A DNA stretch of 64,000 bases, taken from the NCBI RefSeq assembly GCF_009914755.1, contig NC_060932.1; one strand, 5' to 3'. This DNA is from the human T2T-CHM13v2.0 reference genome, Homo sapiens. The notes under the pieces were generated by a model that did no database searches, had not been told where the DNA came from, and worked only from the letters and a program-made list of their open reading frames with translations. Shown piece after piece: positions 1 through 13,349 of the stretch (position 1 is the first letter of the stretch; every line of letters starts with the position of its first letter). The translations under genes and the position numbers were made by a program.

Positions 1-2964
1 GCAAGCCTGTGGATTAAAGAGTGTGAAAGACACTAAGGTTTTTTAAATGAGAAACACTAAGATCTCTAGACTGCATATGGGTGATAAACTGCGAAGATAT
101 TCAAGGAGGTGAAAAACTCCAAATAAATTCTGAACACTGTCTAAAAATAAAAATAATAATAATAAATAATAATAATAAAAATATGCATCAAAGCAGCTAA
201 AAGTGTTCACAGGAAAATGCATAGTCCACAGTACTTATACTAACAAGAAAGAATTTTTTGTAATGGATTAAGAATCCAAATCAAGAAATTATTTAATGAA
301 AGTAAGAAAATTATTAAAGTTAAAATAATATGTTTTATAAAAACACATACATTTTTAAATTAATATACCAATCCAAAGGCTGAATGAGAAAACCAATAAG
401 CTCAATTAACTGTTTAATAAGCTGATCCAAAAAAGTGAAAGGAGAAATCATAAATATGTAAACAAAATATGATAAAGGAAAATAACTACAAATATAGAAG
501 AAATCAAAAAGTACCATATGCAATGACTTTCTCAACTTTATGTATATGTTAGGAAACCTTAATGAAATGAATAAATTTTCTAGCAGAATAAAATTTACTA
601 AGCTAACTGTCTATAGAAGGAAAAAACAATCTAAATAAATCAATTACTATAGAAAAAATGGAGGAAGCTAATAAAGAGCTATTTTCCTTCAAAATCACCA
701 GCCCTAGACAGCTGTATGAGGAGCCTCCATGTCTTCCTAAAAATAATAATAATGATCCTTCAGCTAAACTGTTCCAAACAGAAAAAAAGAAAGCTCCCAC
801 TTTTTTATGCATCAAGCATAACATTGGTAAAATCCAACAAAGACTATACAACAAATCTATAAACCAATCTTACTTAATGATTATTGATGCAAATATCAAA
901 TAAACATTAGTAAACAGACCCCAGTAGCTCATTAAAAAATACACTACATCTAGTAATGTATTCCAGCAATGTAAAGGTGGTTTAATAATGAGAAAAAAAT
1001 ATTGTGATCCAATATATTAATAGCTCTAAAGAAAACAATCTTGTGATTTTCTTCATAGATTTTGAAAAGGCATTTGGTAAAATTCAAAACCCATTCTTGA
1101 CCTTAAAAAATAATTGAAGAAAATTCTTAATTAAATAGAAGATATAAAAATGTTCTTAACATAATAAAAATCTCTCAACACATGAGCCAGAATAATGACT
1201 AATGGTAAAGCACAGGAAATATTGCCATTAAAATCTGAAAAAAGACAATGATTTCCACTATGACCACTAATATTTGACTTAATATTGTTTATTGGCATTA
1301 GTCAAAGCAATTTTGCCAGATAAAGAAATTAAAGGTATAAAAACTGGAAAAAAAGGAAGTAAAATTCTCACATTTTGCTGGTGACTGAGTGAAAATTAAT
1401 ATCTAACCAATAGATGTAATATAGTCAGAAATAAGGAAGATAAATTTACATTTACAGTAACAGCAAAAAGGAAAAGTACTAGAAAAAACAGCATGAAATG
1501 TGAAAGTTTTCTCTTTGAATAAATAGTTTAAATATTCCTGAGGGACATAAAGAAGACTTGAACAAATGACAAGTAATACCATGTTCTTGGAGGGGAAGAC
1601 TCAACATCATAAAAATGCCAGTTTCTGCTAGATTAATTTATAAATACAACATAATCCCAATAAAACTATCGACACATTTTTTTTTCTGGAACCAGACAAG
1701 GTGATTCCAAAGTTTATGCAGTGAAATAAACAAGCAAGAATAGACAGAAAAACTCTGAAAAAGAAAAGTAATAAGGATGTATTACAGAAGAAAAAAACAT
1801 TATTATAATAAAGTTTATATTATAGGATCAAGAATTAAAACAGTGTCATACTGGCACTTGAATAGATTACTGCACCACAATAGAAAGCAAAGAAATAAAT
1901 ACAAATCTATAGAGGAATTTAGTTTTTGCCAAAGAGGATATCTCAGTTTTGTAGGGAAAAATTAAGTAAATGGCCAGGGAAGTCAGAGGTACCCATCTCT
2001 AAAAACAAACAAAAAACAGTGGATTTACATCACATACATTACTCAAAATAGATTATACAAAGATAAAATAATAAGTATTTTAAATATAAACACTGCAACC
2101 ATAAAAGTTCTATAAGAGGGAACATTTTCTTATAACCTTTGAGCAGGAAAGGATTTTCTAGCTATGATATAAAACCCAGAAGCTATAAAAAAATTCGTAA
2201 GTTTGGCTACCTAGTTTTTTTAACTGCAAAGTAAAAACTATCATATGCAAAGTTCTTTTTTTAAAAAAAGACAAATTAGAAAAAAGTACGATCAATTTAT
2301 GTTACAAACTGAGGATTAATTTCTCTAAGATACAAATAACTCATAAATTAATTAAAAATACAATATGCCAATAGAAAAATGAGCAAAGAAGCAATTCACA
2401 AAAGATACAATTAACTAGTTCTCAAAAAACATAAGACATTTAATCCACTCATAAGAGACTTGCATATTAAAAATACACCAAGAAATCATGTTTTATGTAT
2501 CAGATTATCAAATATCAAAAAGTTTGATAACACACTCTATTGATACACATGTGGAGAAATAGGCACACCCATGTATAGCTGGTGAATACAAACTGGTTCA
2601 ACCTCTGTGGATGCCAATTTGTCAATATTTTACAGTTAGACATCTATACACCCTTTAACTCTGTAATATCACTTCTCAGAATTGGTTCTAAAACACAAAC
2701 TCACACACTTAAAATGGCTTTATACAGTTTTACACAGTGTAAGTAACCATAAAGTTTGGAAACAGCCTAAATGTCACCAATAGGGGACAGGTTAAGGCAT
2801 AACCATGCAGCCATTTTAAAAAGACTTAGGAAACTATATATTTATATAAAAATTTTTCCAAGATAAATTGTTAAGTAAAAAAGAAACAAAGATATTTGAT
2901 CTTTTTGGAAAATGACAAGGTGTACATAGCATTTTACCATTCATGAATGAATGGGTATGGAGGT

Positions 2965-3080
2965 GAGAGTGTGTGTGTGTGTGTCTGTGTGTGTGTGTAC
3001 ACATGAATGTACCTACACACATATACATACATATAAAACATATTATATATGTGCATATGTATATATGAATATATGTATGT
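2965..3080. repeat. (TG)n / TA-rich microsatellite
   Basis: gtgtgt run followed by tata/cata low-complexity sequence. Confidence 0.85.
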
Positions 3081-3147
3081 TCTTTTTTTCTTGTATGGAT
3101 AAAATAGTTCTGGATAAGATATCTCCAGAGAGCCATTCAAGAAACTA

Positions 3148-3206
3148 TTAAATTGATGCAAATGTAATTGCAGTTTTTGCCATTGAAAGTAATGGCACCA
3201 ACCTAA
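3148..3206. mobile_element. MADE1 (Hsmar1-derived MITE), internally deleted
   Basis: ttaaattgatgcaaatgtaattgcagtttttgccattgaaagtaatggcaccaacctaa resembles the MADE1 inverted termini; preceded by TA. Confidence 0.8.
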
Positions 3207-3604
3207 TGTGTTTGCAGCAACCTAATAACCTAATACAAATTATTTTGATATGTGGAGAGGGAGATTGCAAGGCTAGAGAATAATGGCAGGTAAAAGACTT
3301 GTAGTCTTTATACCTGTTGAAATTTAAACTGTGTACATGCACTAACCTACATATATGTGTGTCTGTGTATATAACTATATATATATTAAATATATAAAGT
3401 ATATATGTATATGCCTGCATATACATATATATGAAACATACAGAATATGAATAGTAAGTGCTTCTGTTTGGTGTGATTGTTGGTAATTTTACTCTTCTAT
3501 ATTTTCTGGGTTTTCTACAATAATGTTACATTATAATTACATAACTATAAATGTCATATTTAAAAGATTACAGGGATCCTGGTATACTAAAATAAAGCTC
3601 AATA

Positions 3605-3790
3605 TAAGAATTAGACAACCTGGGTCTCATCCCAGATCCAACAGTTACCAGCTGGGTGCTATTTATCATGTCTTTTAACTTTGCTACCATATATGACAAA
3701 ATGGGGACAATGCTGGTTTTCCTGTATTCATGGGAAAAATCAAGTGAGAAAATTATCTGAAAGTGTTTATTAATTATAGTACTAAAGAAT
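3605..3790 (+). mobile_element. MIR fragment
   Basis: 'agacaacctgggtctcatcccag...aaaatggggacaatg...gtgagaaaattatctgaaagtg' resembles the MIR core. Confidence 0.55.
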
Positions 3791-6787
3791 TTTGCAGTAA
3801 TACTATAGTTAATGATGTAAGAAGCACTGCCGAAGTATTTGATTTCTCTATTTCCTGCTTAAGATTCAAATTGGCCAGTGAGTTGAGCAAAACTAATTAG
3901 GGTCTCAAACCGCTACAAGGCAATTGAGTCCTGTTCTCCACTGTAACTTCCATTTGGAAAATAGAAAGCAGAAAGAACAAGTTAGGAAGGTTCTACATGA
4001 TCACTCTAAAGGAAAAAAATTATCACCCAAGGAGATAGCATTGCCTCTTGTTCTCCTAAAGCCAATAAGCCACATCCAATTCTACCCACTGCATTTTACC
4101 AGGACCAATTTGTTTCTGCTGCACAAACAGGTTGCACTATAAATACTAGTGCTTTGGATACATCTGCTTTGTTGTCCATACTCAGAAAAATCTGAATGGA
4201 CCCAAAGCCAGATCTGGCACTCCCCTGAGAGATTTTCCTCCCCACCCTACACCTAACACACACACGTGCATACACATGTACACACATTTATCTCACTATT
4301 TAAAAAATACTATGCATAGGGTTACCGGAGAAGATACTGAAACCACGAAATAATTATAGTTGTATCAGTAGGAATGGAGGATTGGAGCTCAGCACTGCTT
4401 GTAAAACAGTACATTGTTTCAACAAAAACAAGGCCAAAAGATCAAAAACAGTTCCAAATCAGTGTCCAAAAAGCTCTATTTTTAAGTAATGGTTTCAAAA
4501 GATTTTTTCCTTTAACATCTGAGGCAACAAACCAGACATGGGTAAGCGCAGCTGGATTCCCCTCACGCTGGCCAACTTGCTGGCTCTCTTACTCTTCCTT
4601 TTTATTTAGGCATCGGGATCTTTCAAAATGTGTAAAGTGAGAACCCTAGCCTTTGTGAGTGCTAGGAAATTCATTCACCAAAGGTCAGGGGCTCACGCAC
4701 TCCTATCTGCGGCACGGCTCAGCAGAGTGCTGCTCAAGGGCAGTTGCAAAAGGCTAGAAATAAATGAAAAAAAAAAAAAAAACCACACATTTAATTGTTT
4801 CAAGTTTTTTTTTTCTTTTAGTTTTTAAATACCATACAGAGCCCTTTAGGATAAATCAGGATGGGGTAAAAAAAAAAATTAGCCCCTCTGAAAAAAAATT
4901 ACTGTGCCTCTTTTTTTCTACCACATAGAGTTACTGAAAGAATTTAATGTAATTATTCCTGGAAAGTATTGAGCACAATGCCTAGGACATCATAAGCATT
5001 CAATGAATGGTAGTTGTTATTTTACTTATTATTAGTGGTGCCACAACAAAAATTACTAACTGGCGCTTGAACACCTTGAAAGAGTTAATGTTCTTCCTTA
5101 AGCACCTACCCTCAGCATCTTAATACCATAGAGACTTGGGTACTATGGAGAATTGAACTCTCCAGATAGCAAGCACTGTGTTGCTTCTTGTCTCAAGTTC
5201 AGAAACTCTGCCTCTCAGCATGGACTGTCGATGTGTGCTTCAAAAAAAACATATGCAAGCAGGCCAAAATTATATCTTCTGTCTTGCAGTGAAGGATGCT
5301 GATGGGTTGGTATGTTGCGTTCGATTTTTATTAGACCGGCTCTTCTCTTCCTGCATTCCAGCTCATCCCTGAGCGTCAACAGACGGGTGGGTAATGCAGA
5401 AGCAGCATGGAACACACTGCTTTCTTTCGGCATCTTAACACTTCTGACAGATGAAAAGAATAAGCCTTAAACTGGCCCATCATTGTAGACTGTGTCTTCA
5501 ACAGGACATACTTCATTTTTTCCACAAGTACAACCAAATGACCTATTGGTGAATGTTTTAGGGAACAGCTCATAGCAAGAAGAAAACTAAAGGCATATTT
5601 GGGTTTATAGAGATACCTAATTTTCCATCCCTGAGAGATGTTCTTCTTTATCTCCATGTATGTTATTCATCAAGGCATCCTGACATTATTTACTGGAAAG
5701 TAATGGCACTGTTTACCAGAAAACTAGCTTAATCTGCTACTCATTGTTCTCATCAGTTAAATAAAACTGACCTTTCATCTTTAGCATTGTGCTTCCAACA
5801 AAATCTTGCCAAAATCACTAATGATCTGTATTCTTCAGACAGCTGCAAGACATTCTCCATGAGCTAAGGAATGGTGGGATCGTCACCCCATTCAGAGATA
5901 GGAGGGACCAGGCTTGCAGGCTATGTTAACAGCCTGTCATTCAAACCAAGCCATTAGGATCCGGAGGAAAGAATAAGTGAAGGTAAAAAGCTTGGAAAAT
6001 AAAATACCCAAACCTGGTATAGAAATCATAAATTAAAATCCCCTAAATCAAGAGCATCATATCATTAAGACTGAACTGACAAAGGTGAGGATCAAGGGTA
6101 GATTAACAATCAGTTGATAAAATCAAGTTTTATAGAGTTTCACACCACGAAATTAGTATAGATATTACACAGTGGAACATGATTTACCCGAATCAGTGTT
6201 CTTTAGTCATCAAGACTAGGCAAAGACCTGCCAGCTGTCCTCTTGTCCATCATGTAGAATGATATCAACACAATACGTAGTTTTATTTTACAGCTCACAT
6301 TGATAAAGGTGCTTATGTGAACTTAAGTTCAGTCTCAGTTTATCTCTAAAAGACAAAACTTTACCCATTCACAGGTTATAGGGTGGTTATTCTCAGCTTA
6401 GATCTAACACCCCAAAGCACGCTATCAGCATTCTCACATAGTTCAACCAAATTCCAAAAGTAAACATATTTAATTTAAACAGGTAAGTTCTCCAATCTTG
6501 AGTTTTTGCCTGACGCTTTTGCTCACCCACCATCCATCGATCCAACCTTCCTGAAGTAACAGTACCTTGATTCTCCTTTGAGAAATCATCTCATCTCACA
6601 CCTATTCATGTATTTTAATTTGTACTTCAAGTTACATATACAAAAATTTTCAATGCAGTTAACATTTAGAAAAAAAACTAAATTTGGGCTGTTTAATAGG
6701 AGGATAGTTAAAGAAACTATAGGTCAGCCACTTAGTACAGTTTCCTCCTGTTTCATCCATGTTGTCACACATGGTAGTATCTCCTTC

Positions 6788-7083
6788 TTTTTTTTTTTTT
6801 TTTTTTTTTTGAGACAGAGTCTTGTTGGGTCACCCAGACTAGAGTGCGGTGGGGTGATCTCGGCTCACAGCAACCTCCGCCTCGCAGGTTCAAGTGATTC
6901 TCCTGTCTCAGCCTCCTGAGTAGTTGGGATTACAGGTGCCTACCACCACGCCTGGCTAATTTTTGTATTTTTAGTAAAGACAGGGTTTTGCTATGTTGAC
7001 CAGGCTAATTTCAAACTCCTGACCTCTAGTGACCTACCTGCCTTGGCCTCCCTAAGTGCTGGGATTACAGGCGTGAGCCACTG
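6788..7083 (-). mobile_element. AluS element
   Basis: Poly-T then reverse Alu dimer; TSD tggtagt(a/c)tctcctt at 6772-6786 and 7084-7098. Confidence 0.95.
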
Positions 7084-7128
7084 TGGTAGTCTCTCCTTTT
7101 TAAAGGCTGAATGGTATCCCATTATATG

Positions 7129-7130
<2 letters not shown>

Positions 7131-7159
<29 letters not shown>
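7131..7159. repeat. (CA)n microsatellite
   Basis: cacaca run. Confidence 0.9.
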
Positions 7160-8655
7160 CACAATTTCTATATCTGCTCATTAAAATATAGAATTCTGGA
7201 CACTTAGGTTGGATTCATATCTTGGCTGTTGTGAATAAAGCTGGCAGGAACATGGGGGTGCGGATAAATCTATGAGGTGCTGATTTCATTTCCTTTTATT
7301 ATACACCCAGCAGAGGGATATGCATGTGGTCATATAGTAATTCCATTTTTAAATTTTTGTGAAACCTCCATATTGTTTTCCATATGGCTGTACCAATTTA
7401 CATTCACAGCAGCAGCGCACAAGAATTTCCTTTTCTCCATGCTCTCACCAACACTTATCTCTTGTCTTTTTTGTAATAGCCATCCTAACAGGTGTGAGAT
7501 ATTTCATTATGGGTTTTATTTGCATTTCCCTGATGATAGTTATGTTGAGCACATTTTCATATACCTGTTGGTCATTTTTATGTCTTCTTTACAAAAATGT
7601 CTGCTCAGATTATTTGCCCATTTTTAATTTAGTTTTTTGTGTGTGTGTTTGGGTTGGGGGCAGTTGCTATTGAATTGAGTTCTTCATATATTTTTGATAT
7701 TAACCACTTATCAGTATGTGGTTTGAAAATATTTTCTTCCAGTCTATAGGCCACCTTTTTATTTTATTGATTGTTTTCTTTGCTGTGCAGAAGCTTTTTA
7801 GTTTGATCTCCCACTTGATTATCTTTGCCTTTGTTGCCTGAGCTCTGGCACTATATACAAAAAATTATTGCCAAGATCAATATCAACGAGATTTCCCACT
7901 ATGTTTTCTTCTAGAAGTTTTATGGTTTCAAGTCTTATGTTTAGGTCTTTAGTCCATTTTGAGTTTATTTTTGTGTATAGTGTAAGACAAGTTTTCAATT
8001 TCATTATTTTGCATATAGATGGCAGTTTCACAACACCATTTATTGAAGAGACTCACCTTTTCCCATTGTGTCTTCTTCATGGTGGCCTTGCTAAAAAATT
8101 AATTAACTATAGATGCTTGAGTTTATTTTGGGGCTTTCTATTTTTTTCCATTGGTCTATATGTCTCTTTTTATGCCAGTACATTACTGTTTTAATTTCTA
8201 TAGCTTTGTAGTATAATTCTAAATCAGAAAGTATGATGTCTCCAACTTTGTTTTTCTTTCTCAAGACTGCTTCAGCTATTTGATGTCTTCTGTGGTTCAA
8301 CACAAATTTTAGAATGATTTTCTTTTCTAGTTCTGTGAAAAATGCCATTGGAATTTTAATAGGGATTGCATTGAATCTGTGTATCTGCTTTGGGTAGTAT
8401 AGACATTTTAACAATATTAATTGTTCTAGTTCACAAATATGGGATATCTTTCCATTTATTTGTGTTTTCAATTTCCTTCATCAATGCTTTAGAGTTTTCG
8501 GTATACAGGTCTTTCACCGCCTTGATTAAATTTATTCATAAATATTTTATTCTTTTTATAGAATTGTTTTCTTGATTTCTTTTTCAGATAGGTCATTATT
8601 GATGTGAAGAAATGCAATTGATTTTTGGATGTTGATTTTATTTCCTGCTACTTTA

Positions 8656-9044
8656 AAATACTACATGATCTCGTCTATATGTAGAATCTTTTAAAGAGCT
8701 GAGTACCATAGAAACAGAGAGTAGAATGGTGATTACCAGAGGTGGGAAGCGTCAGGAAAGGGAAAGCTGTAAGTCATAGGGTACAAACATGTAGTTATGT
8801 AGGATCAATGAGTCTAGAGAACTAATGTACAGCAGGAGGACTAGAGTTAATAATATTGTACTTTATATTAAGAATTTGCAAAGAGAGTAGATTTTATGTT
8901 CTCTTACCACACACAGAAATGAGGTAACTATGGAAGATTATGGATATGTTAATTTGTTTACTTTTAGTAATCATTTCACTCTCTCTACATATATCAAAAC
9001 ATGCTGTACACCTTAAATACAGACATAAAATATAAAGAAAAAAA
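8656..9044 (+). mobile_element. L1MA (L1MA8/9-like) 3' end with A-rich tail
   Basis: 'aaatactacatgatctc...gagagtagaatggtgattaccagagg...atatcaaaacatgctgtacaccttaaata' is an L1MA 3' UTR. Confidence 0.85.
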
Positions 9045-9789
9045 TTGAGTAACAGAATTTCTTACTTCTTTCAAAATGGTTTGTTACTACATGCACTATA
9101 ATTTTAGTGCTTTCTACAAACTTCAACACTATAAACACTGTGTGATATTATTTGGTGTCAATGTTTAATTTCTACAGAAAATCAACAAAATATTAGCAAT
9201 TTTCTGCTACAATTTCTGCCAAATGAAGACAATTCTCATTACTGTATTCATATTCATGAATAATCATCAGAATACTAGATATCACCATGCCAAAACTGAA
9301 TTACATACATTCAATAATGTTATGCCAATATTTTTTCTTAACATTTGTATAGTCTATTCTTCAGCATTTCTATATATACATATGTCTTCCAAATTAAATT
9401 TCAGTGTGGATATTATTATTGCTTATGTGTATTACAGTTTCTTTGCATTTACTAAGCATATCTGATAAATGTTGCCAATTTTTATACTAATTCTCATTCT
9501 TCAGTGGGTTTGTCTTATTCCCACTGCAACATTGACAAAATACAGAATAGTAAGTAGTAGAATAAATAACTTGAATCTAGTAATTAATTTCACTATTTGG
9601 AATAATTAATACAGAAAAAGTTTTACAATATATCTGTAATATCTTTCAGAAGCTTAAATTTTGTACTGAGGTGATTAAATTTCTGATAGGACAATAACAC
9701 TGCATAATATTCAAATCACACAACTACATACTTGGAGCCACAGAGAGTATGTTCAGTTTAATGAATTCTTCTATTTTGTCTTACAATAA

Positions 9790-10160
9790 AAGAAATTATA
9801 GAGCATCCAAAAAATATTATGCACAATTGAAAAGAATGGGAGAAATCTATATGTACTAACATGGAACAACCTCCACAATTATCACTAAGGGTAAGAGTAA
9901 GCATAGAATAATATGTGTGGCTTAATCTAATTTATGAAAATGTGTTATAAATACAAATGTAAATGCACAAAAATTATCTCAATAGATATTTACTGAATTA
10001 ATAATGATGATTACCCCTGGCTAGAGGAAGGAGAGGTGAAGGGGAACATTAGCTTAAATTACATTATTCTACATTAATTCTTAAAACTAATAAGATACTA
10101 TATTATTTGAATTCTATATTATTTAATTTTTATAATGAGCATGATATAAACATGTAAGAG
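9790..10160 (+). mobile_element. Old L1 (L1ME-like) 3' fragment
   Basis: 'ctatatgtactaacatggaacaacctccac...' resembles old L1 3' ends. Confidence 0.5.
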
Positions 10161-10849
10161 TTTAAAAAATTTCATGAAAATGGTATGAGATCAAAAATAA
10201 AGCCTTTTTATAGAAGTGAATTATGTCCTAAAACTTTTGGGAAACACTTTGTTAATAAAAGTAGTGTCTGTTAATGAATTTGTGGGCCTAGCTGTTATAT
10301 TCTCTTCAGACATAGATAAATGAAAAAAGTGAGTTTTCAGTATGTAACTCACTCATTGATGAAGCAATATAGTATGTCTTTAAACTGCTCAAATAAAGCT
10401 GACACCCTCCTTGCTCCAATAACAAGCCCATGCCAAAGTAACTATTGTTTGTTAGTGTAAGATATTTCCTTGCAGATTTACAAGTAAGTACATGAACATG
10501 GAAATACGTGTAGTTTAGCTGTATGTTTTGATTCCTCAGGCGAGTTTTCAAGACCTGCTTTCTGGGCCCTCAAACTCCAGGAAACACGTATCAGCCTTTC
10601 CAAGTGGTCCTCACATAGCCTCTCTCACATCAAAGAAATAATGTCCTTAATTTTTAACTGTAAACTTTTAATTCTTTTACACTCTGAGTTACATCAAAAA
10701 CTCAAGGGTCACAAAACTGGTTAGTCCTTTATGGATGGCCCAGACCCTAACTTTGGAATATGGAAACAATTGCCACCTATTCTTGGGACGTCATCCAGAA
10801 TGAAGAATGAATTGCATTGTTTTGATTATAGATTGCCAAATTTTTAAAA

Positions 10850-11720
10850 GTAATTAATTTTAATATGTTTTTCCCATATCTAGCCACTTTGCTTAACTAT
10901 CTTATTGGTTTTAAGAGTTTTCGGTTACTTTTCTTGGATTTTTAATATAAAAAAGTCATTTTGGACATACGTGATAATTCTTCCATTCTTACATGTTTTA
11001 TTTTTTCTTCTTGTTTTAGTGCATTGGTTAAAATCTCCAGTACAAAGTTTAGAGTCTCAGTGATAATAGACATCCTTGTCTTTTTGCTAAGTTAGTTAGA
11101 AATGCTTCTAATGTTTGCCCATTAAGTATGATGTTTGCTCTAGATTTATATTAGATGCTCATCAAAAATTTTTAAAAATCTATCTTATTTTTAGATGACT
11201 AGAAGTGTTTATGATTTACTGGTAAATAGATTGTATCAAATACCTTTTCAGTATCCCTTGGAGATAACTGAAAGGGTTTTGTTTAATTAGTCTATTTTTT
11301 ATTATTTGCATAGATTTAATCAGCCTATTAATGTACTAAATTACATGGGCAAAATTTTCTTGCATGGACTCATCTTTGCAGTCCTTGTATAACTTTACTG
11401 AGTCATGTGCTTTATTTTTTTAATAGAGTTGTGTTCTATTTACTGACATTTCCATTTAAAATTTTTGCTTTGTATTTTTAAGTAAGAACAATCTATACTT
11501 ACCTTATCTATTGTTTCCCTTTCTAAGTTTTTGAAGTCTGGTAAATGAGTTATATAGGTTTCTAATTTTTTATGTACTGGAATAGCTTGTGAATTAGGAA
11601 CCATTTTCAAATTAAGGTTCAGACATAATTTTAAAGGGTACAAGCCATTGGGCGGCATGGATTTTTATACTTTGTCTATGCAGGGACAGGGGTACCTTTA
11701 TAATATTTCTAGTTTACCCA
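10850..11720 (-). mobile_element. Old L1M ORF2 fragment
   Basis: 'tgataatagacatccttgtc...aatgcttctaatgtttgcccattaagtatgatgtttgct' is antisense L1 ORF2. Confidence 0.75.
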
Positions 11721-12039
11721 CGTCTTGAGCTTTCTACTTTCACCAAAAAAAAAGCCACTACTTGTATCTATTATATTAACATGGATGTCTGGGCTTCCAA
11801 TTAGAAGTTTTAACATCCTAAACTAAATACTCTTAAATAGTATATGCCTGATTAGAATACTAATCATGCCTTAACTATAGATTAAAATCAACTCAATAAT
11901 TATCACAGTGCTTAGGCAGTAAAAGTAAGTTATAGATAAGATAACAAGAAAGTATAAGAAAATAGCAATTTCTTAATTTCTTATTAAGTTTCATTCTTAT
12001 AGAAAGAAAGGTCTTCACCTTGCCTCACCTTCCAACCAC

Positions 12040-12930
12040 TACCACGTTGCCCTACTTCCCTTTATAGAGAAACTTCTCAAGAGCGGACTTCTCTTGTGGC
12101 CTTTGATTCCTCACCTCTCCCTCATTCTTTATTTCACCTGGTCTAGCCTCTGCCTCTACCGAGCCTCTGGGATAGCTCTTATTAAAATCACAGTGCAAAT
12201 AGTTGATCTTCCTTCTCCCTCCTTTCTAGATATCATTTTACTTTTCAAGTTTTCCACCTAACTTTCTAAGCATTTCTTTTTAGTCTCCTTTGCTGACTCA
12301 ATCCGTTCTTCATAATTTTAAAATCTGCTCACTTTATTAGCCCATCTTAAATTATTTCATCCACAACTATGTCTTCAATCACCATTTATATACCAATATC
12401 CAAATATATATGTCCAATTCTAACTTCTCCAGGCTTCAGACCCTAATACCCAACTGCCTACTTCACATTTCTCTTCAATGTCTCAAAACCAAACCTCAGC
12501 ATCATGAAATATACCCATGTAACAAACCTGCACATGCTCCCCTTGAATCTAAAACAAAAGTTGAAATTATAAAAAAAGCACTTCAAACTTAGCATACTTC
12601 AATTGGAATTTATTATTTTATTCAAAACAAGGTCTTCTCCTAGTGATTTTTATTTTAGTAAAGGGTTCTACTATCTGCTCCCAGCCATTCTAGCCTGAAT
12701 TCTGGAAGTCATCTTTAACACATTCCCTCCCCTAGGCCATTGTTGACTCTAGTTCCTTGATGTCACTTGACTCTGTCCATTTCTTTACATCTTCATTGCT
12801 GCTATTCTAGTCCAAGTCATCATGACCTCTAACCTGAATTCTAGCAATTCACTACTAGTCTTGCCAGGTAACTCAGTCTCTTATGCTTTAAAACTCAGTC
12901 TGCTTTATGTAATGCACCAGAAACTGCTAA
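12040..12930 (+). mobile_element. L2 fragment (interrupted by a short L1 3' end)
   Basis: Pyrimidine-rich L2 motifs 'caatcaccatttatataccaatatccaaatatatatgtcc...ccaactgcctacttcacatttctc'. Confidence 0.7.
12489..12578 (+). mobile_element. Very short, 5'-truncated L1P (L1PA15-17-like) 3' end
   Basis: 'ccaaacctcagcatcatgaaatatacccatgtaacaaacctgcacatg...aaaagttgaaatt' plus A tail. Confidence 0.8.
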
Positions 12931-13349
12931 TTGTATTCACAATTTATTTTGCCCTTCAAGAAAAGGCTGATTTTATTTGTGACGCTATAAAAATATCACA
13001 TTTCTCAGCCTCTTGGAGCTAAGTATGGCTTATATGGATAAGTTCTGGCCAGTAAGATGCAGACCAAATAATGTATGAGCCTTCCAGAAAGACCTTTTAA
13101 AGAGAAGTGTTCAATTGAAGATGGCACCTCCTTTATCTCTGTCCACTTAGCCCTTCTTGGTGTCTGGAACACAGGTATGTCATCAATGTCCCAAAAGCAT
13201 TGCTGAGATCCCATACCAGAATTGTCCAGTGGAGCCCATCCTGAATTCCTGACCCACAGAAGCCATGATTGATAATAAAAAAGGATTGCTCTTGTTTTAA
13301 GCCATTGTGTTTGGGAGTGATTTGTATACAGCAAGAGAGGACTGGAACA
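12930..13349 (+). mobile_element. MLT1 (MaLR) LTR
   Basis: Ends 'ttgttttaagccattgtgtttgggagtgatttgtatacagcaagagaggactggaaca', a typical MLT1 3' end. Confidence 0.7.

Larger units (their letters stand above)
1..3540 (+). mobile_element. Ancient LINE-1 (L1M-class) ORF2 and 3' UTR remnant, highly decayed
   Basis: A-rich sense strand with degenerate L1 ORF2 motifs (e.g. 'ccatgttcttggaggggaagactcaacatcataaaaatgcca', 'aaggcatttggtaaaattcaaaacccattctt'); no long ORF. Confidence 0.8.
6729..8655 (-). mobile_element. L1MA-class LINE-1, ORF2 3' part (inverted segment), interrupted by an Alu
   Basis: Minus-strand ORFs 8103-8471 ([35 protein letters not shown]) and 7819-8031 (YTKINSKWTKDLNIR) are L1 ORF2. 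Confidence 0.9.

Noticed and set aside
5290-5390. Two microexon-like units (tgcag|tgaaggatgctgatgggttg|gtatgt and ttccag|ctcatcc...ggtgg|gtaatg)
   Set aside because: The intervening intron would be only ~52 nt, and the peptides match nothing I recognise; probably chance motifs.
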